From Vicingaceae bacterium (GTDB lineage: Bacteria > Bacteroidota > Bacteroidia > Flavobacteriales_E > Vicingaceae): a stretch of DNA of 64,000 bases. Within the stretch, counting starts at the first letter, position 1. Each line of letters starts with the position of its first letter. The notes beneath the pieces are model-generated. The model was not told the origin of the DNA, made no database searches, and saw only the letters and a list, made by a program, of their open reading frames with translations. The DNA is taken from NCBI GenBank assembly GCA_032251145.1, contig JAVVER010000001.1:17629-81628 (forward strand), given 5' to 3'. Below, piece by piece: positions 1-9,162 of this stretch. The position numbers and the translations under genes were made by a program.

Positions 1-128
1 TCAACCGCAAAATCTAATTTCGCTCCTTCAACATTATAAGTGGTACCTCCTTGATTAAAATACAAGTAAGCAGCAACAGCTACAGCAAGTAATAAAACTA
101 GAATAATTAATTTGTTGTTATTTTTCAT
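1..128 (-). CDS. 5' fragment of a membrane-anchored protein that continues beyond the window (possibly the DUF4340-type protein that often follows gldG)
   Basis: Minus-strand ATG at 126-128, open to position 1: MKNNNKLIILVLLLAVAVAAYLYFNQGGTTYNVEGAKLDFAV, with an N-terminal hydrophobic anchor. The family guess rests only on its position downstream of gldFG. Confidence 0.4.
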   Translation of the reverse strand, partial: MKNNNKLIILVLLLAVAVAAYLYFNQGGTTYNVEGAKLDFAV

Positions 129-247
129 AATTTATATTTTTATTTTCATTTAATAACGATGAGCTTCACTCATCGCTTTATAAATCACGCTCCTTCGGAG
201 CTTGTATTAATTTAGTATATTTTCATCAATTGTGAGGCTAAATTATA

Positions 248-358
248 ATGTTCGAGTTGGAGGCTTTCGCAGTTTTGAAAATCAGGAGTTTACTTTTGTA
301 AATAACTGGTTTTTAAAACAAGTATAACGAACAAATCGGACATTATAAATAGTCTCTA
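248..358. repeat. 111-nt intergenic repeat, copy A (copy B at 36773-36883), with a 22-bp interrupted hairpin
   Basis: Gapless alignment to 36773-36883 gives 98/111 identical bases. Hairpin arms are 272-293 and 298-319, with loop TTTT. The last 3 nt (356-358) are the gldG stop codon. Confidence 0.8.
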
Positions 359-2095
359 TTTGGTGTATTTTCTCTTTCTATAAAAGAAATGAGCAATACC
401 AAACAGCAACATTATTCCTACGGGTAAAACCGTATTGAAAATCTGCCAAGTAACTTTTTCTTCTTTAATAATAGTATGGTCTAAAAGTCTTATTTTAAAT
501 TTCTTTGTTCTTACACTCATCAATCCATTGTCGTTACACAAATAATTCATTACGTTCAGCATAAAATCTGCATTACCATATTGTTGTTTGGTATATCTAT
601 CTAACCCTAAAGGCATGTATTCATTGGTACTTGGATTTACTGCATTTCTAGCAATATCGCCATCGGCAATAACTATCATTTTGTTAGGCTTACTTTTTTC
701 TCTAAAAGCAATTTCGTTGGCTTCTAAAATTTGTGGCGGCACTCTGTTTTTAAATACCGATTCAAAACTACCTTCGAGCAATGCCGCTGCAACTTGATGT
801 CCTTTATTAAATTGACTTTGGTCGGGTTCAAACCTTAAAAACGATAGACTTACCCTAGTTGGAGCACTTGATACTTTGGTGTATTGAGATGATTTTAAAA
901 GTCCAATCTTTGTAATCCCTGCTTTATTAATCGTATCAATGGTACTAGTAAATTCTCCCTTAACAGCATTAAGGTTGTTTACTATTGGATGACTGTTTGC
1001 GGGAGTTAATAGCGGAAAGAAATACCAAGGAAAAAGTTCTGTTTTGGGCTGATTTCCCACAGTTCCAGTAACAATCGGTATGGGTGCCGATTGCAAATCC
1101 TGAATAAGGTTAGTATTCACCCTAACACCATAGGTAAATAATTGGTCGTCTAAATTCAAATCTTGAGGAATAGCCATGGTAACATCCGAAGTTCTAAGAC
1201 TATCCATGCTAGCAAAAACGGGGTCTATCATCCAAACTACTTTTCCGCCATACATAATGTATTGATCGATAATAAATTTATCTTTTTCAGTGAATTTCTG
1301 TGTTGGTTTCGCAATAATAATAGCGTCATACTTCGGACGAACAACAAACTCCTGAGTAGAATCTTTCATGGTTCTTTCGGTAAGACTGAATAACTCTCCA
1401 TTTATTTTAATTCTGTCTATGCTATAAAATTCTGCTAAGGAAGTAGATAAAGAAGCTACTTCATATTTATTCAATTCTCCATGCCCATCAATAAAAGCAA
1501 TTTTAGGCTTTAATTCTGTGGTAAGATTGTAAATGGCATTGGCGATTTCATACTCCAATCCTTCAATAGAGCTATTTATCATATTAATAGGATTACTGCC
1601 TAATTTACTTTTTAACAACTGAACAGGAATTTCTTTTCCTTTATAAAAAAAGATAGCTCCTGGCCAAATCAGTTTATTAGAAAAGCCATCGGTAGTTTTT
1701 TCGTTTAAGTCTGTAGGTTGTAGTCCTTGTTTAAAAAGCTGCTGATAAATTTCTTTGGTAATTTTTTCGTCACCACTTTCGGCAGGATTGATAAATTCAT
1801 AATCTAAATTATCGTTAGAATATGCCCTGAACTCATCCAACATCTCCCGCGTTTCATCACGCATTTTTTTGTAGGCAGCAGGAAAATCTCCTTCTAAGTA
1901 AACTTTTACATAAACAATATCATCTAAGTTTTTTACTAATTCTTTAGAAGCATTAGAAAGCGAATATCTCTTTTCAGAGGTAAGGTCAAAACGCTCAAAA
2001 AGCAATGACGCTGAGAAGTTGATAAAGACAATCAGCAAAATTCCTATTGCTAACGAAGATAAATCTCTGTTTCTATTTGCGTTGTTTTTTACCAT
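356..2095 (-). CDS. gldG: gliding motility-associated ABC transporter substrate-binding protein GldG
   Basis: 579-aa ORF with N- and C-terminal TM anchors and a GldG/ABC-type uncharacterised transport system-like sequence. It overlaps the gldF stop by 7 nt, the conserved gldF-gldG arrangement. Confidence 0.8.
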   Translation of the reverse strand: MVKNNANRNRDLSSLAIGILLIVFINFSASLLFERFDLTSEKRYSLSNASKELVKNLDDIVYVKVYLEGDFPAAYKKMRDETREMLDEFRAYSNDNLDYEFINPAESGDEKITKEIYQQLFKQGLQPTDLNEKTTDGFSNKLIWPGAIFFYKGKEIPVQLLKSKLGSNPINMINSSIEGLEYEIANAIYNLTTELKPKIAFIDGHGELNKYEVASLSTSLAEFYSIDRIKINGELFSLTERTMKDSTQEFVVRPKYDAIIIAKPTQKFTEKDKFIIDQYIMYGGKVVWMIDPVFASMDSLRTSDVTMAIPQDLNLDDQLFTYGVRVNTNLIQDLQSAPIPIVTGTVGNQPKTELFPWYFFPLLTPANSHPIVNNLNAVKGEFTSTIDTINKAGITKIGLLKSSQYTKVSSAPTRVSLSFLRFEPDQSQFNKGHQVAAALLEGSFESVFKNRVPPQILEANEIAFREKSKPNKMIVIADGDIARNAVNPSTNEYMPLGLDRYTKQQYGNADFMLNVMNYLCNDNGLMSVRTKKFKIRLLDHTIIKEEKVTWQIFNTVLPVGIMLLFGIAHFFYRKRKYTK

Positions 2096-2820
2096 TTTCT
2101 GCTTGCCAATATGGTTTTCGTTAATAATAAAAACAAAAAGATAACACTTAAAAAGTAAATTACATCTCTGGAATCGATTACTCCTCTACTCATTGATCGA
2201 TAATGTTCATTGATTCCCAATTTTATAATAAATGCATCAATAGTCCCGAAAAGCTCTAACGCACTAATAGCATCGAAACCTGCATAGCAAAAGAAGCATA
2301 AAAATACTGCTATTAAAAAAGAGATGATTTGATTGTTGGTAATGGCACTGGCAAATAAGCCTATGGCAACAAATACGCTTCCTAAAAACAACAAGCCGAA
2401 ATAAGAACCCCAAGTTGCTCCTGTATCAATATTTCCGGGAGGACTCCCTAATTGGTAAACAGAATAAAAATAAACTAAAGTGGGTAAAAGTGAGAAAAAC
2501 ACCAATGAAAAACCAGCAATGTATTTAGCCAACACAATTTGGAAATCTGTAATTGGCTTGGTTAAAAGCAATTCTATGGTTCCTGTGCGGCTTTCTTCAG
2601 AAAACAAGCGCATGGTAATGGCGGGAATTAAAAACATAAATACCCAAGGACCAATATAAAAAAGAGAACCAATGCTAGAAAAGCCGTTGTCCAAAACATT
2701 ATAGTCGCCAGGGAAAACCCACATAAAGAGACCAATAGTAGTAAGAAACACAGCAATAACAATGTATCCGACTAATGAGCCTAAAAAACTTCTAATTTCT
2801 TTGTTGATGAGCGTTAGCAT
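2089..2820 (-). CDS. gldF: gliding motility-associated ABC transporter permease GldF
   Basis: 243-aa polytopic ABC-2 type permease. The N-terminus MLTLINKEIRSFLGSLVGYIV resembles GldF, and it lies directly upstream of gldG. Confidence 0.8.
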   Translation of the reverse strand: MLTLINKEIRSFLGSLVGYIVIAVFLTTIGLFMWVFPGDYNVLDNGFSSIGSLFYIGPWVFMFLIPAITMRLFSEESRTGTIELLLTKPITDFQIVLAKYIAGFSLVFFSLLPTLVYFYSVYQLGSPPGNIDTGATWGSYFGLLFLGSVFVAIGLFASAITNNQIISFLIAVFLCFFCYAGFDAISALELFGTIDAFIIKLGINEHYRSMSRGVIDSRDVIYFLSVIFLFLLLTKTILASRKW

Positions 2821-2934
2821 CTATCTTATTTCAGGTTTTTGTTGAAAAAAATCAAAAGTACAATTTTTTATGCGACTTAAAATTTAAAATTTGTTAATGA
2901 TAAGCCCCTTTTCGGAAAGTTTTTAAACTAATGC

Positions 2935-2964
2935 TTTGTAAGTGATTAAAAAATTGTAAATTTG
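2935..2964 (+). promoter_or_regulatory. Bacteroidota sigma-A type promoter for the tRNA (-33 TTTG, -7 TAAATTTG)
   Basis: TTTG at 2935-2938 and TAAATTTG at 2957-2964 (TAnnTTTG consensus), spaced 18 nt, about 45 nt upstream of the tRNA 5' end. Confidence 0.5.
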
Positions 2965-3008
2965 CACTCCATTTAGGGAGAGCGAGACAACTTTATTTAA
3001 AAATATAT

Positions 3009-3081
3009 CGCGGGGTAGAGCAGTTGGTAGCTCATCGGGCTCATAACCCGAAGGTCGTCCGTTCGAGTCGGGCCCCCGCTA
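3009..3081 (+). tRNA. initiator tRNA-fMet (anticodon CAT)
   Basis: Cloverleaf folded by hand: acceptor CGCGGGG/CCCCGCT, anticodon CAT at 3042-3044, and three consecutive G:C pairs closing the anticodon stem (G3037-3039:C3047-3049). Position 1:72 is unpaired (C:U). Close to E. coli tRNA-fMet. CCA is not encoded. Confidence 0.9.
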
Positions 3082-3085
3082 CTAA

Positions 3086-3112
3086 AACCTCAGATTACTC
3101 TGAGGTTTTTTT
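3086..3112 (+). terminator. Rho-independent terminator after the tRNA
   Basis: AACCTCAGA-TTAC-TCTGAGGTT hairpin (9 bp) followed by a T7 run. Confidence 0.8.
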
Positions 3113-3171
3113 GTTTATTGAATTTACATCATAAATTTATAATGTAAATTTGGAGCTTAAATTCAAAAGTT

Positions 3172-4797
3172 ATGAAACACTTTTCACTAACGGTTTTTTT
3201 AATAGCAAACACACTTTTAGCTTGGTCGCAATACAAACAACCTAAATTGGTTGTGGGCATTGTAGTAGATCAAATGCGTTACGATTACATTACTCGTTTT
3301 TGGAATAAATTTAGTGATAATGGGTTTAAAAAATTAATAAATAATGGGTTTAACTGCGAACAAACCCATTTCAACTATATGCCTACCTATACTGCTCCTG
3401 GTCATGCCTCAATTTTTACAGGAACTACACCAGCAAATCATGGTATTATTGCCAATACTTGGTACAACAAAACCAATAAGAGCAATACTTATTGTACAAC
3501 TGACGAAAACTTCGTATCTGTTGGCACAAGTACTGATATGGGAAAAATGTCACCCAATAAATTGTTGGTTACTACTGTTGCGGATGAGTTAAAAACCGCT
3601 AATAATCAATCTAAAGTAATAGGAATTTCTATTAAGGATAGGGGAGCTATATTACCTGTTGGCCACCTTGCTGATGCTGCCTACTGGTATGCGGGTGAAA
3701 ATGAAGGAAAATGGGTTTCGAGTACTTACTACATGCAACAATTACCTAAGTGGTTAAATGAATTAAATAAAAAAAATACTGCGAATACCTATTTACAACA
3801 ACCGTGGGAAACACTTTTGCCCATAAACGATTATACTGAAAGTATTGCCGATAATAACATTTACGAAGAAGTTTTTGAAGGCGAAAAAACTCCTGTTTTT
3901 CCACATAATTTACCAGCATTAAGAAGAACAAATAAAAATTACGATTTAATAAAATCAACTCCTTTTGGAAACACCATTCTGAAAGAGTTGGCTTTTGAGG
4001 TTATTAAAAATGAACAATTAGGTAAAGACCATATTACTGATATGCTTACCATTAGCTTCTCTTCAACAGATTATATAGGACATCAGTTTGGACCTTATTC
4101 CGTAGAAATTCAAGATACATATTTACGTTTAGACAGAGAAATTGCGGAGTTATTATTTTTTTTGGAAAAACAAGTAGGCGAAAATGAATTTATGGTATTT
4201 CTAACTGCCGACCATGGCGTGGTTAACGTGCCTCAACTTGCTATTGATAATCAACTTCCTGGTGGTTATTTTGAAGAAAAAAAAACTTTAGAGAAAATAA
4301 ATACACTGTTTTTTGAAATGTTTAATGTGCAAAAATTAGTGGAAAACTTATCAAATTACCAACTATTTTTTAATCATGCATTAATTAAAGAACATCAATT
4401 AAATTTAATTGATATAGAAAATGCAGCCGTTAATTTTATGTTAACACAAGAAGGAATTGTAAAAGCAGTTTCCTCAACCAATTTAAAAGCAACAGAATTT
4501 TCCGATAAAATTATGGGAAATGTACAAAGAGGATTTCATCAGGTTCGTTCGGGAGATGTACTGTTTGTACTTGCTCCAGGTTGGATAAATAAATGGAACA
4601 CCAAAGGAACCACACACGGTTCGCCATATAACTACGATACTCACGTACCTTTGCTTTGGTATGGAACCAATATTAAAAAAGGTGTTCGAAAAGAGCAGTT
4701 AGCTATTACAGATATTGCAACCACACTCTCTGTGTTGCTAAACATTTCTTTGCCAAGCTCTTGCGATGGAAGTGTGATTGAAGAGCTAATTAAATAA
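3172..4797 (+). CDS. pafA: alkaline phosphatase / nucleotide pyrophosphatase family protein (PafA-like), secreted
   Basis: 541 aa with a signal peptide. LVVGIVVDQMRYDYITRFW and TAPGHASIFTGT motifs are typical of AP-superfamily PafA/NPP enzymes. A TAAATTTG -7 box lies at 3145-3152. Confidence 0.75.
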   Translation: MKHFSLTVFLIANTLLAWSQYKQPKLVVGIVVDQMRYDYITRFWNKFSDNGFKKLINNGFNCEQTHFNYMPTYTAPGHASIFTGTTPANHGIIANTWYNKTNKSNTYCTTDENFVSVGTSTDMGKMSPNKLLVTTVADELKTANNQSKVIGISIKDRGAILPVGHLADAAYWYAGENEGKWVSSTYYMQQLPKWLNELNKKNTANTYLQQPWETLLPINDYTESIADNNIYEEVFEGEKTPVFPHNLPALRRTNKNYDLIKSTPFGNTILKELAFEVIKNEQLGKDHITDMLTISFSSTDYIGHQFGPYSVEIQDTYLRLDREIAELLFFLEKQVGENEFMVFLTADHGVVNVPQLAIDNQLPGGYFEEKKTLEKINTLFFEMFNVQKLVENLSNYQLFFNHALIKEHQLNLIDIENAAVNFMLTQEGIVKAVSSTNLKATEFSDKIMGNVQRGFHQVRSGDVLFVLAPGWINKWNTKGTTHGSPYNYDTHVPLLWYGTNIKKGVRKEQLAITDIATTLSVLLNISLPSSCDGSVIEELIK

Positions 4798-4979
4798 AAA
4801 CAAAACCTCCTATTTTTTTTACTTTTTTTAAACGTAGGTGTAATAGAAACCAAATAAGTTTTGTTATAAAGTTTTCATGTATATTCTTTAAAATTAAAGA
4901 AGATGTTAATTATGAAAACTAGAAGAAAAATCCCTCAAAAAATCCTTAAAGTTTTTTAGGATAGTAGTACTTTTGGGGT

Positions 4980-6066
4980 ATGATAACACAAGAGCAATTA
5001 AAAAAATTAGCTGATCGCCTGGAAGCGTTAAGGGGGTATCTTTGACATACCTGGGAAAACAATACAATTAGAAGAAGAACAGCAAAAAACTGAAGATCCT
5101 AACTTTTGGGACAACCCTGATGAAGCGGAAAAGCAACTTAAGGTAGTTCGCAATATAAAAGTTTGGGTAGATGCTTTTAATGAGCTTAAAACCATGTTAG
5201 GCGATTTAGAGGTGCTTTATGAATTCCATAAAGAAGGCGAAGCTACTGAAGAAGAAATCGACAATCAATACAACCTTACATTAGAAAAATTTGAAGATGT
5301 TGAATTTAAAAACATGCTTAGTTCTGATGAAGATAAACTAAGTGCTGTGCTTCAAATTACGGCTGGTGCTGGTGGTACCGAAAGTTGCGATTGGGCTTCC
5401 ATTCTGCTACGAATGTATAAAATGTGGGCTGAAAAAAACAACTACAAACTTACTACACTAGATTACCAAGATGGAGATGTTGCTGGCATAAAAACCGTTA
5501 CCATAGAAATTGAAGGCGATTACGCATTTGGTTACCTTAAAGGTGAAAATGGTGTACACCGTTTGGTGCGTGTAAGTCCATTTAATGCTCAAGGTAAGCG
5601 TATGACTTCCTTTGTTTCTGTTTATGTTTACCCTTTAGTTGATGATACTATTGATATTGTAATCAATCCTGCAGATATTACTTGGGATTTCGCTCGTTCG
5701 GGAGGTGCCGGAGGGCAAAATGTAAACAAAGTAGAAACAAAAGTAATACTTAAACACCTGCCTACTGGCATTATGATTACTAATTCAGAAACCCGTTCTC
5801 AATTAAAAAACAGAGAAAAAGCCATGCAGTTATTGAAATCGCAACTTTATGAAATTGAAATGCGAAAAAAACTGGAAGCTCGTTCTGAAATTGAAGATAG
5901 TAAAATGAAAATTGAATGGGGAGCTCAAATAAGAAGTTATGTGTTAGACGACAGAAGAGTTAAAGACCATAGAACCAATTTTACAGTGAACGACCCCGAT
6001 AAAGTATTGTCTGGCGAATTAGACGGTTTCCTGAAAGCTTATTTAATGATGTTTGGAAAAAATTAA
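4980..6066 (+). CDS. prfB: peptide chain release factor 2, requires a programmed +1 frameshift
   Basis: Frame-0 ORF ATG 4980 ... AGG GGG TAT CTT TGA (stop at 5043-5045). The +1 frame from 5044 is the same frame as ORF 5194-6066, which carries GGQ ([12 protein letters not shown]). The track ORF starts at an internal Met only. Confidence 0.9.
5031..5046 (+). promoter_or_regulatory. prfB autoregulatory +1 frameshift site
   Basis: AGGGGG (internal SD-like) - TAT - CTT TGA C, the canonical RF2 recoding cassette. Confidence 0.9.
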
Positions 6067-6114
6067 ATCAACGTAAAACTGAGGAACATTGCAACAGAAT
6101 TGAAAAAAAAGTAA

Positions 6115-6152
6115 CTCACCCCCAAGTTATCGAAAGATAACTTGGGGGTGAG
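6115..6152. terminator. perfect 17-bp stem-loop downstream of prfB (terminator-like; the U-tract is only on the minus-strand side)
   Basis: CTCACCCCCAAGTTATC-GAAA-GATAACTTGGGGGTGAG. An A8 run precedes it on the + strand, which reads as a T8 run after it on the - strand. Confidence 0.6.
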
Positions 6153-6268
6153 TCGAAATAAATTAATGAACAAATGAAACAAGCCATACCTAACTTTAAA
6201 CACACTCGTCAATGATTATTGGGTTTGTGTATTTAGAGGAGCTTGAGAGAATTTATAAACTATAAATC

Positions 6269-6607
6269 ATGAAAATATACCACAATCCAAGATGTAGTAA
6301 AAGCAGGGAAACTTTACAAATTATTCAAGATAAAGGTGTAGATGTTGAAATAATTGAATATTTAAAAGACATTCCATCAAAAACAGAATTGTTGGATGTA
6401 CTCAAAAAGTTAAAGCTAAATGCTGAAGACATTACTCGTAAAACTGAAACAGACTACAAAGAAAACTTTAAAGGAAAAAAACTATCTAACGAACAATGGG
6501 TAGAGGCTATGATTAAATTTCCTAAGTTAATAGAAAGACCAATAGTGGTAAAAGGGGATAAAGCCGTTGTTGGACGACCACCTGAAAAAGTAATAGAATT
6601 AATGTAA
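6269..6607 (+). CDS. arsC: ArsC/Spx-family arsenate reductase (glutaredoxin-type) protein
   Basis: 112 aa with N-terminal IYHNPRCSKSR catalytic-Cys motif, as in ArsC/YfgD. Confidence 0.7.
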   Translation: MKIYHNPRCSKSRETLQIIQDKGVDVEIIEYLKDIPSKTELLDVLKKLKLNAEDITRKTETDYKENFKGKKLSNEQWVEAMIKFPKLIERPIVVKGDKAVVGRPPEKVIELM

Positions 6608-6612
6608 AAGAA

Positions 6613-6780
6613 TTATTTATCTTCTTCTAAACCAGCCAATTCTCTTATAAAACGAGGGGCGATTTTGTTGATAAAGAATAATTTAAGCGAACCTGGGATA
6701 ACAACTGTAAACAAAAACATTAACACCCACATTGCTAAAAAGAAAATGAAGAAAAAGAATATCCAACCTAATGTTTGCAT
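6613..6780 (-). CDS. small hydrophobic membrane protein (55 aa), below the ORF-track cutoff
   Basis: Hand translation: MQTLGWIFFFFIFFLAMWVLMFLFTVVIPGSLKLFFINKIAPRFIRELAGLEEDK. One clear TM helix plus a charged tail. It fills an otherwise empty 256-nt gap. Confidence 0.4.
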   Translation of the reverse strand: MQTLGWIFFFFIFFLAMWVLMFLFTVVIPGSLKLFFINKIAPRFIRELAGLEEDK

Positions 6781-6863
6781 AACTAATAAGAATTAAATTT
6801 GTGCGTGTAAAAGTAAAAAATTAACTGCTAATAAATAAAATATTCATTAAAAAAATAAAAAAA

Positions 6864-8264
6864 ATGGAATACAGAATTGAAAAAGACACTATGGGAGAGG
6901 TAAAAGTGCCTGCCGATAAGTATTGGGGAGCACAAACAGAGCGTTCAAGAAATAACTTTAAAATTGGACCAGCTGCCTCTATGCCCCTAGAAATTGTTTA
7001 TGGTTTTGCTTATCTAAAAAAAGCTGCTGCTCATGCTAATTGCGAATTGGGCGTTTTAGCTCAAGAAAAAAGAGACTTAATTAGTCAAGTATGCGATGAA
7101 ATTTTAGCAGGTAAGCACGATGATCAATTTCCATTGGTGATTTGGCAAACAGGTTCTGGTACACAAAGTAATATGAACGTAAATGAGGTAGTTGCGAATA
7201 GAGCTCAAGAATTAGCAGGAGGAAAAATTGGAGAAGGAGAAAAAGCCATTCAACCTAATGATGATGTGAATAAATCCCAATCCTCAAACGATACTTTTCC
7301 TACAGGAATGCATATTGCTTGCTATAAAATGGTGGTGGAAAGAACCATTCCAGGTGTAGAAAAACTAAGAAATACGCTAAAAGAAAAATCGGAAGCTTTT
7401 AAAGATGTAGTAAAAATAGGTAGAACGCACCTTATGGATGCTACCCCACTAACTATTGGACAAGAATTTTCGGGATATGTTTCTCAATTAGACCACGGAA
7501 TTAAAGCGTTGAATAACACCTTAGCACATTTAGCAGAATTAGCTTTAGGTGGTACTGCTGTTGGTACCGGATTAAATACTCCTGCCGGTTATGATGTTTT
7601 GGTTGCTAAAAAAATTGCTGAATTTTCGGGCTTACCATTTATCACTGCTGAAAATAAATTTGAAGCGTTAGCTGCACACGATTCTCTTGTTGAAACACAT
7701 GGTGCTTTAAAACAACTGGCTGTAGCCTTAAATAAAATTGCTAACGATATTAGAATGATGGCTTCAGGACCACGCTCCGGAATTGGGGAATTAATCATTC
7801 CTGCAAACGAGCCTGGTTCTTCTATTATGCCAGGAAAAGTGAACCCAACACAATGTGAAGCGTTGACTATGGTTTGTGCTCAGGTAATGGGTAATGATGT
7901 TGCTATTACCGTTGGCGGAACGCAAGGACATTATGAGCTAAACGTGTTCAAACCAATGATGGCTTATAACTTATTGCAAAGTGCTGAATTAATTGGAGAT
8001 GCCTGCGTATCGTTTAATGATAATTGTGCTGTTGGTATTGAGCCCAACTACCCTGTAATTGAAAAATTATTAAATAACTCATTAATGTTAGTTACGGCTT
8101 TAAATACCAAAATTGGTTATTACAAAGCTGCCGAAATTGCTAATACAGCACACCAAAACGGAACAACACTAAAAGAAGAAGCCATACGTTTAGGTTATGT
8201 TACAGCCGAACAATATAATGAGTGGGTTAAACCAGAAGATATGATAGGAAGCTTGAAAGAATAA
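6864..8264 (+). CDS. fumC: class II fumarate hydratase
   Basis: 466 aa with [15 protein letters not shown] signature and full-length FumC-like sequence. Confidence 0.95.
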   Translation: MEYRIEKDTMGEVKVPADKYWGAQTERSRNNFKIGPAASMPLEIVYGFAYLKKAAAHANCELGVLAQEKRDLISQVCDEILAGKHDDQFPLVIWQTGSGTQSNMNVNEVVANRAQELAGGKIGEGEKAIQPNDDVNKSQSSNDTFPTGMHIACYKMVVERTIPGVEKLRNTLKEKSEAFKDVVKIGRTHLMDATPLTIGQEFSGYVSQLDHGIKALNNTLAHLAELALGGTAVGTGLNTPAGYDVLVAKKIAEFSGLPFITAENKFEALAAHDSLVETHGALKQLAVALNKIANDIRMMASGPRSGIGELIIPANEPGSSIMPGKVNPTQCEALTMVCAQVMGNDVAITVGGTQGHYELNVFKPMMAYNLLQSAELIGDACVSFNDNCAVGIEPNYPVIEKLLNNSLMLVTALNTKIGYYKAAEIANTAHQNGTTLKEEAIRLGYVTAEQYNEWVKPEDMIGSLKE

Positions 8265-8310
8265 ATTGAAGATAATAAACATAAATTTTTCTTCTTATTT
8301 TTACAACATT

Positions 8311-8880
8311 ATGAATGAAACAAAAAACAGTGCAGTCCAAATTACGGATTGGGTAAATCATTATTCGGATGATCTTTATTCTTGGGCATACCATAAAACC
8401 TCAAACAAAGAATTAGCCGAAGATTTGGTGCAAGAAACCTTTATGGCGGCTTTTAAAGGGGTTGATAATTTTGAAGGAAACAGTTCTCCAAAAACTTGGC
8501 TTTTTAGAATTCTTAATAATAAAATTATAGATTATTATCGTCAGAAAAAGAATTTTAACCACACCTCTATAGATGAAAATGAAAGCATAAAAAATACTGA
8601 TAAACTTTTTGACGAAAATGGTCATTGGGAAACTCCTACCTCCTTTTCCGATAAAGAAGAACACTTATTAGATAACCCCGATTTTAATAAAATTTTAAAA
8701 AAATGCATAGACATTTTGCCCGAAAACTGGGCGTTTGCTATACGATATAAATACATTGTAGATAAAAGTGCTGTAGAAATTTGTAAGGAATTAAATATTT
8801 CTACGTCCAATTATTGGCAAATCATACATAGAGCAAAATTACAGCTTAAAGTATGTTTAGAAAAAAACTGGACTAACTAA
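8311..8880 (+). CDS. ECF-type RNA polymerase sigma-70 factor
   Basis: Region 2 (DLVQETFMAAFKG) and region 4 (HTH near ISTSNYWQIIHRAKLQLK) are present. The track start at 8266 is TTG, abutting the fumC stop, so I prefer ATG at 8311 (MNETKNS). Confidence 0.8.
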   Translation: MNETKNSAVQITDWVNHYSDDLYSWAYHKTSNKELAEDLVQETFMAAFKGVDNFEGNSSPKTWLFRILNNKIIDYYRQKKNFNHTSIDENESIKNTDKLFDENGHWETPTSFSDKEEHLLDNPDFNKILKKCIDILPENWAFAIRYKYIVDKSAVEICKELNISTSNYWQIIHRAKLQLKVCLEKNWTN

Positions 8881-8886
8881 AAAACT

Positions 8887-9162
8887 ATGAGCTTCTTAAA
8901 ACTATCCTGTAAAAAAGCCACCGAAATGGTGGAACAAGAAAAGATAGAATCCCTTTCTTTTGTTGACAAAGTAAAATTAAAACTACATTTATCTGTTTGT
9001 AAGGCTTGTCAAGGATACCAAAAACAAAGCCAACTGATAGATTCTTTTTTTAGTAGAGAAAATCATGAATTACATGATAATGAACTTGGAAAAGACATTC
9101 CGCTAGAAGAAAATCCAAAACTTAAAGAAGATATATTAGCAAAACTAAATCAAAAATTATGA
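8887..9162 (+). CDS. soluble zinc-binding (ZAS, HxxxCxxC) anti-sigma factor
   Basis: 91 aa with no TM segment. C8 ... H34-x3-C38-x2-C41. Lies immediately downstream of the ECF sigma. Confidence 0.65.
   Translation: MSFLKLSCKKATEMVEQEKIESLSFVDKVKLKLHLSVCKACQGYQKQSQLIDSFFSRENHELHDNELGKDIPLEENPKLKEDILAKLNQKL

Noticed and set aside
158-201. Two small hairpins (CGATGAG-CTTCA-CTCATCG at 158-176; GCTCC-TTC-GGAGC at 189-201) upstream of repeat copy A, considered as part of a larger ncRNA.
   Set aside because: The stems are short (5-7 bp), there is no counterpart next to copy B, and no U-tract follows. The evidence is insufficient to call a feature.
3009-3112. The tRNA gene as an integration site for a genomic island.
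   Set aside because: There is no integrase, no direct repeat of the tRNA 3' end and no compositional shift in the flanking 10 kb. The neighbours are housekeeping genes (gldFG, pafA, prfB).
5194-6066. The track ORF as the complete prfB gene, or prfB as a pseudogene.
   Set aside because: The upstream frame plus the canonical CTT TGA C site restores a full-length RF2, so this is programmed frameshifting, not decay.
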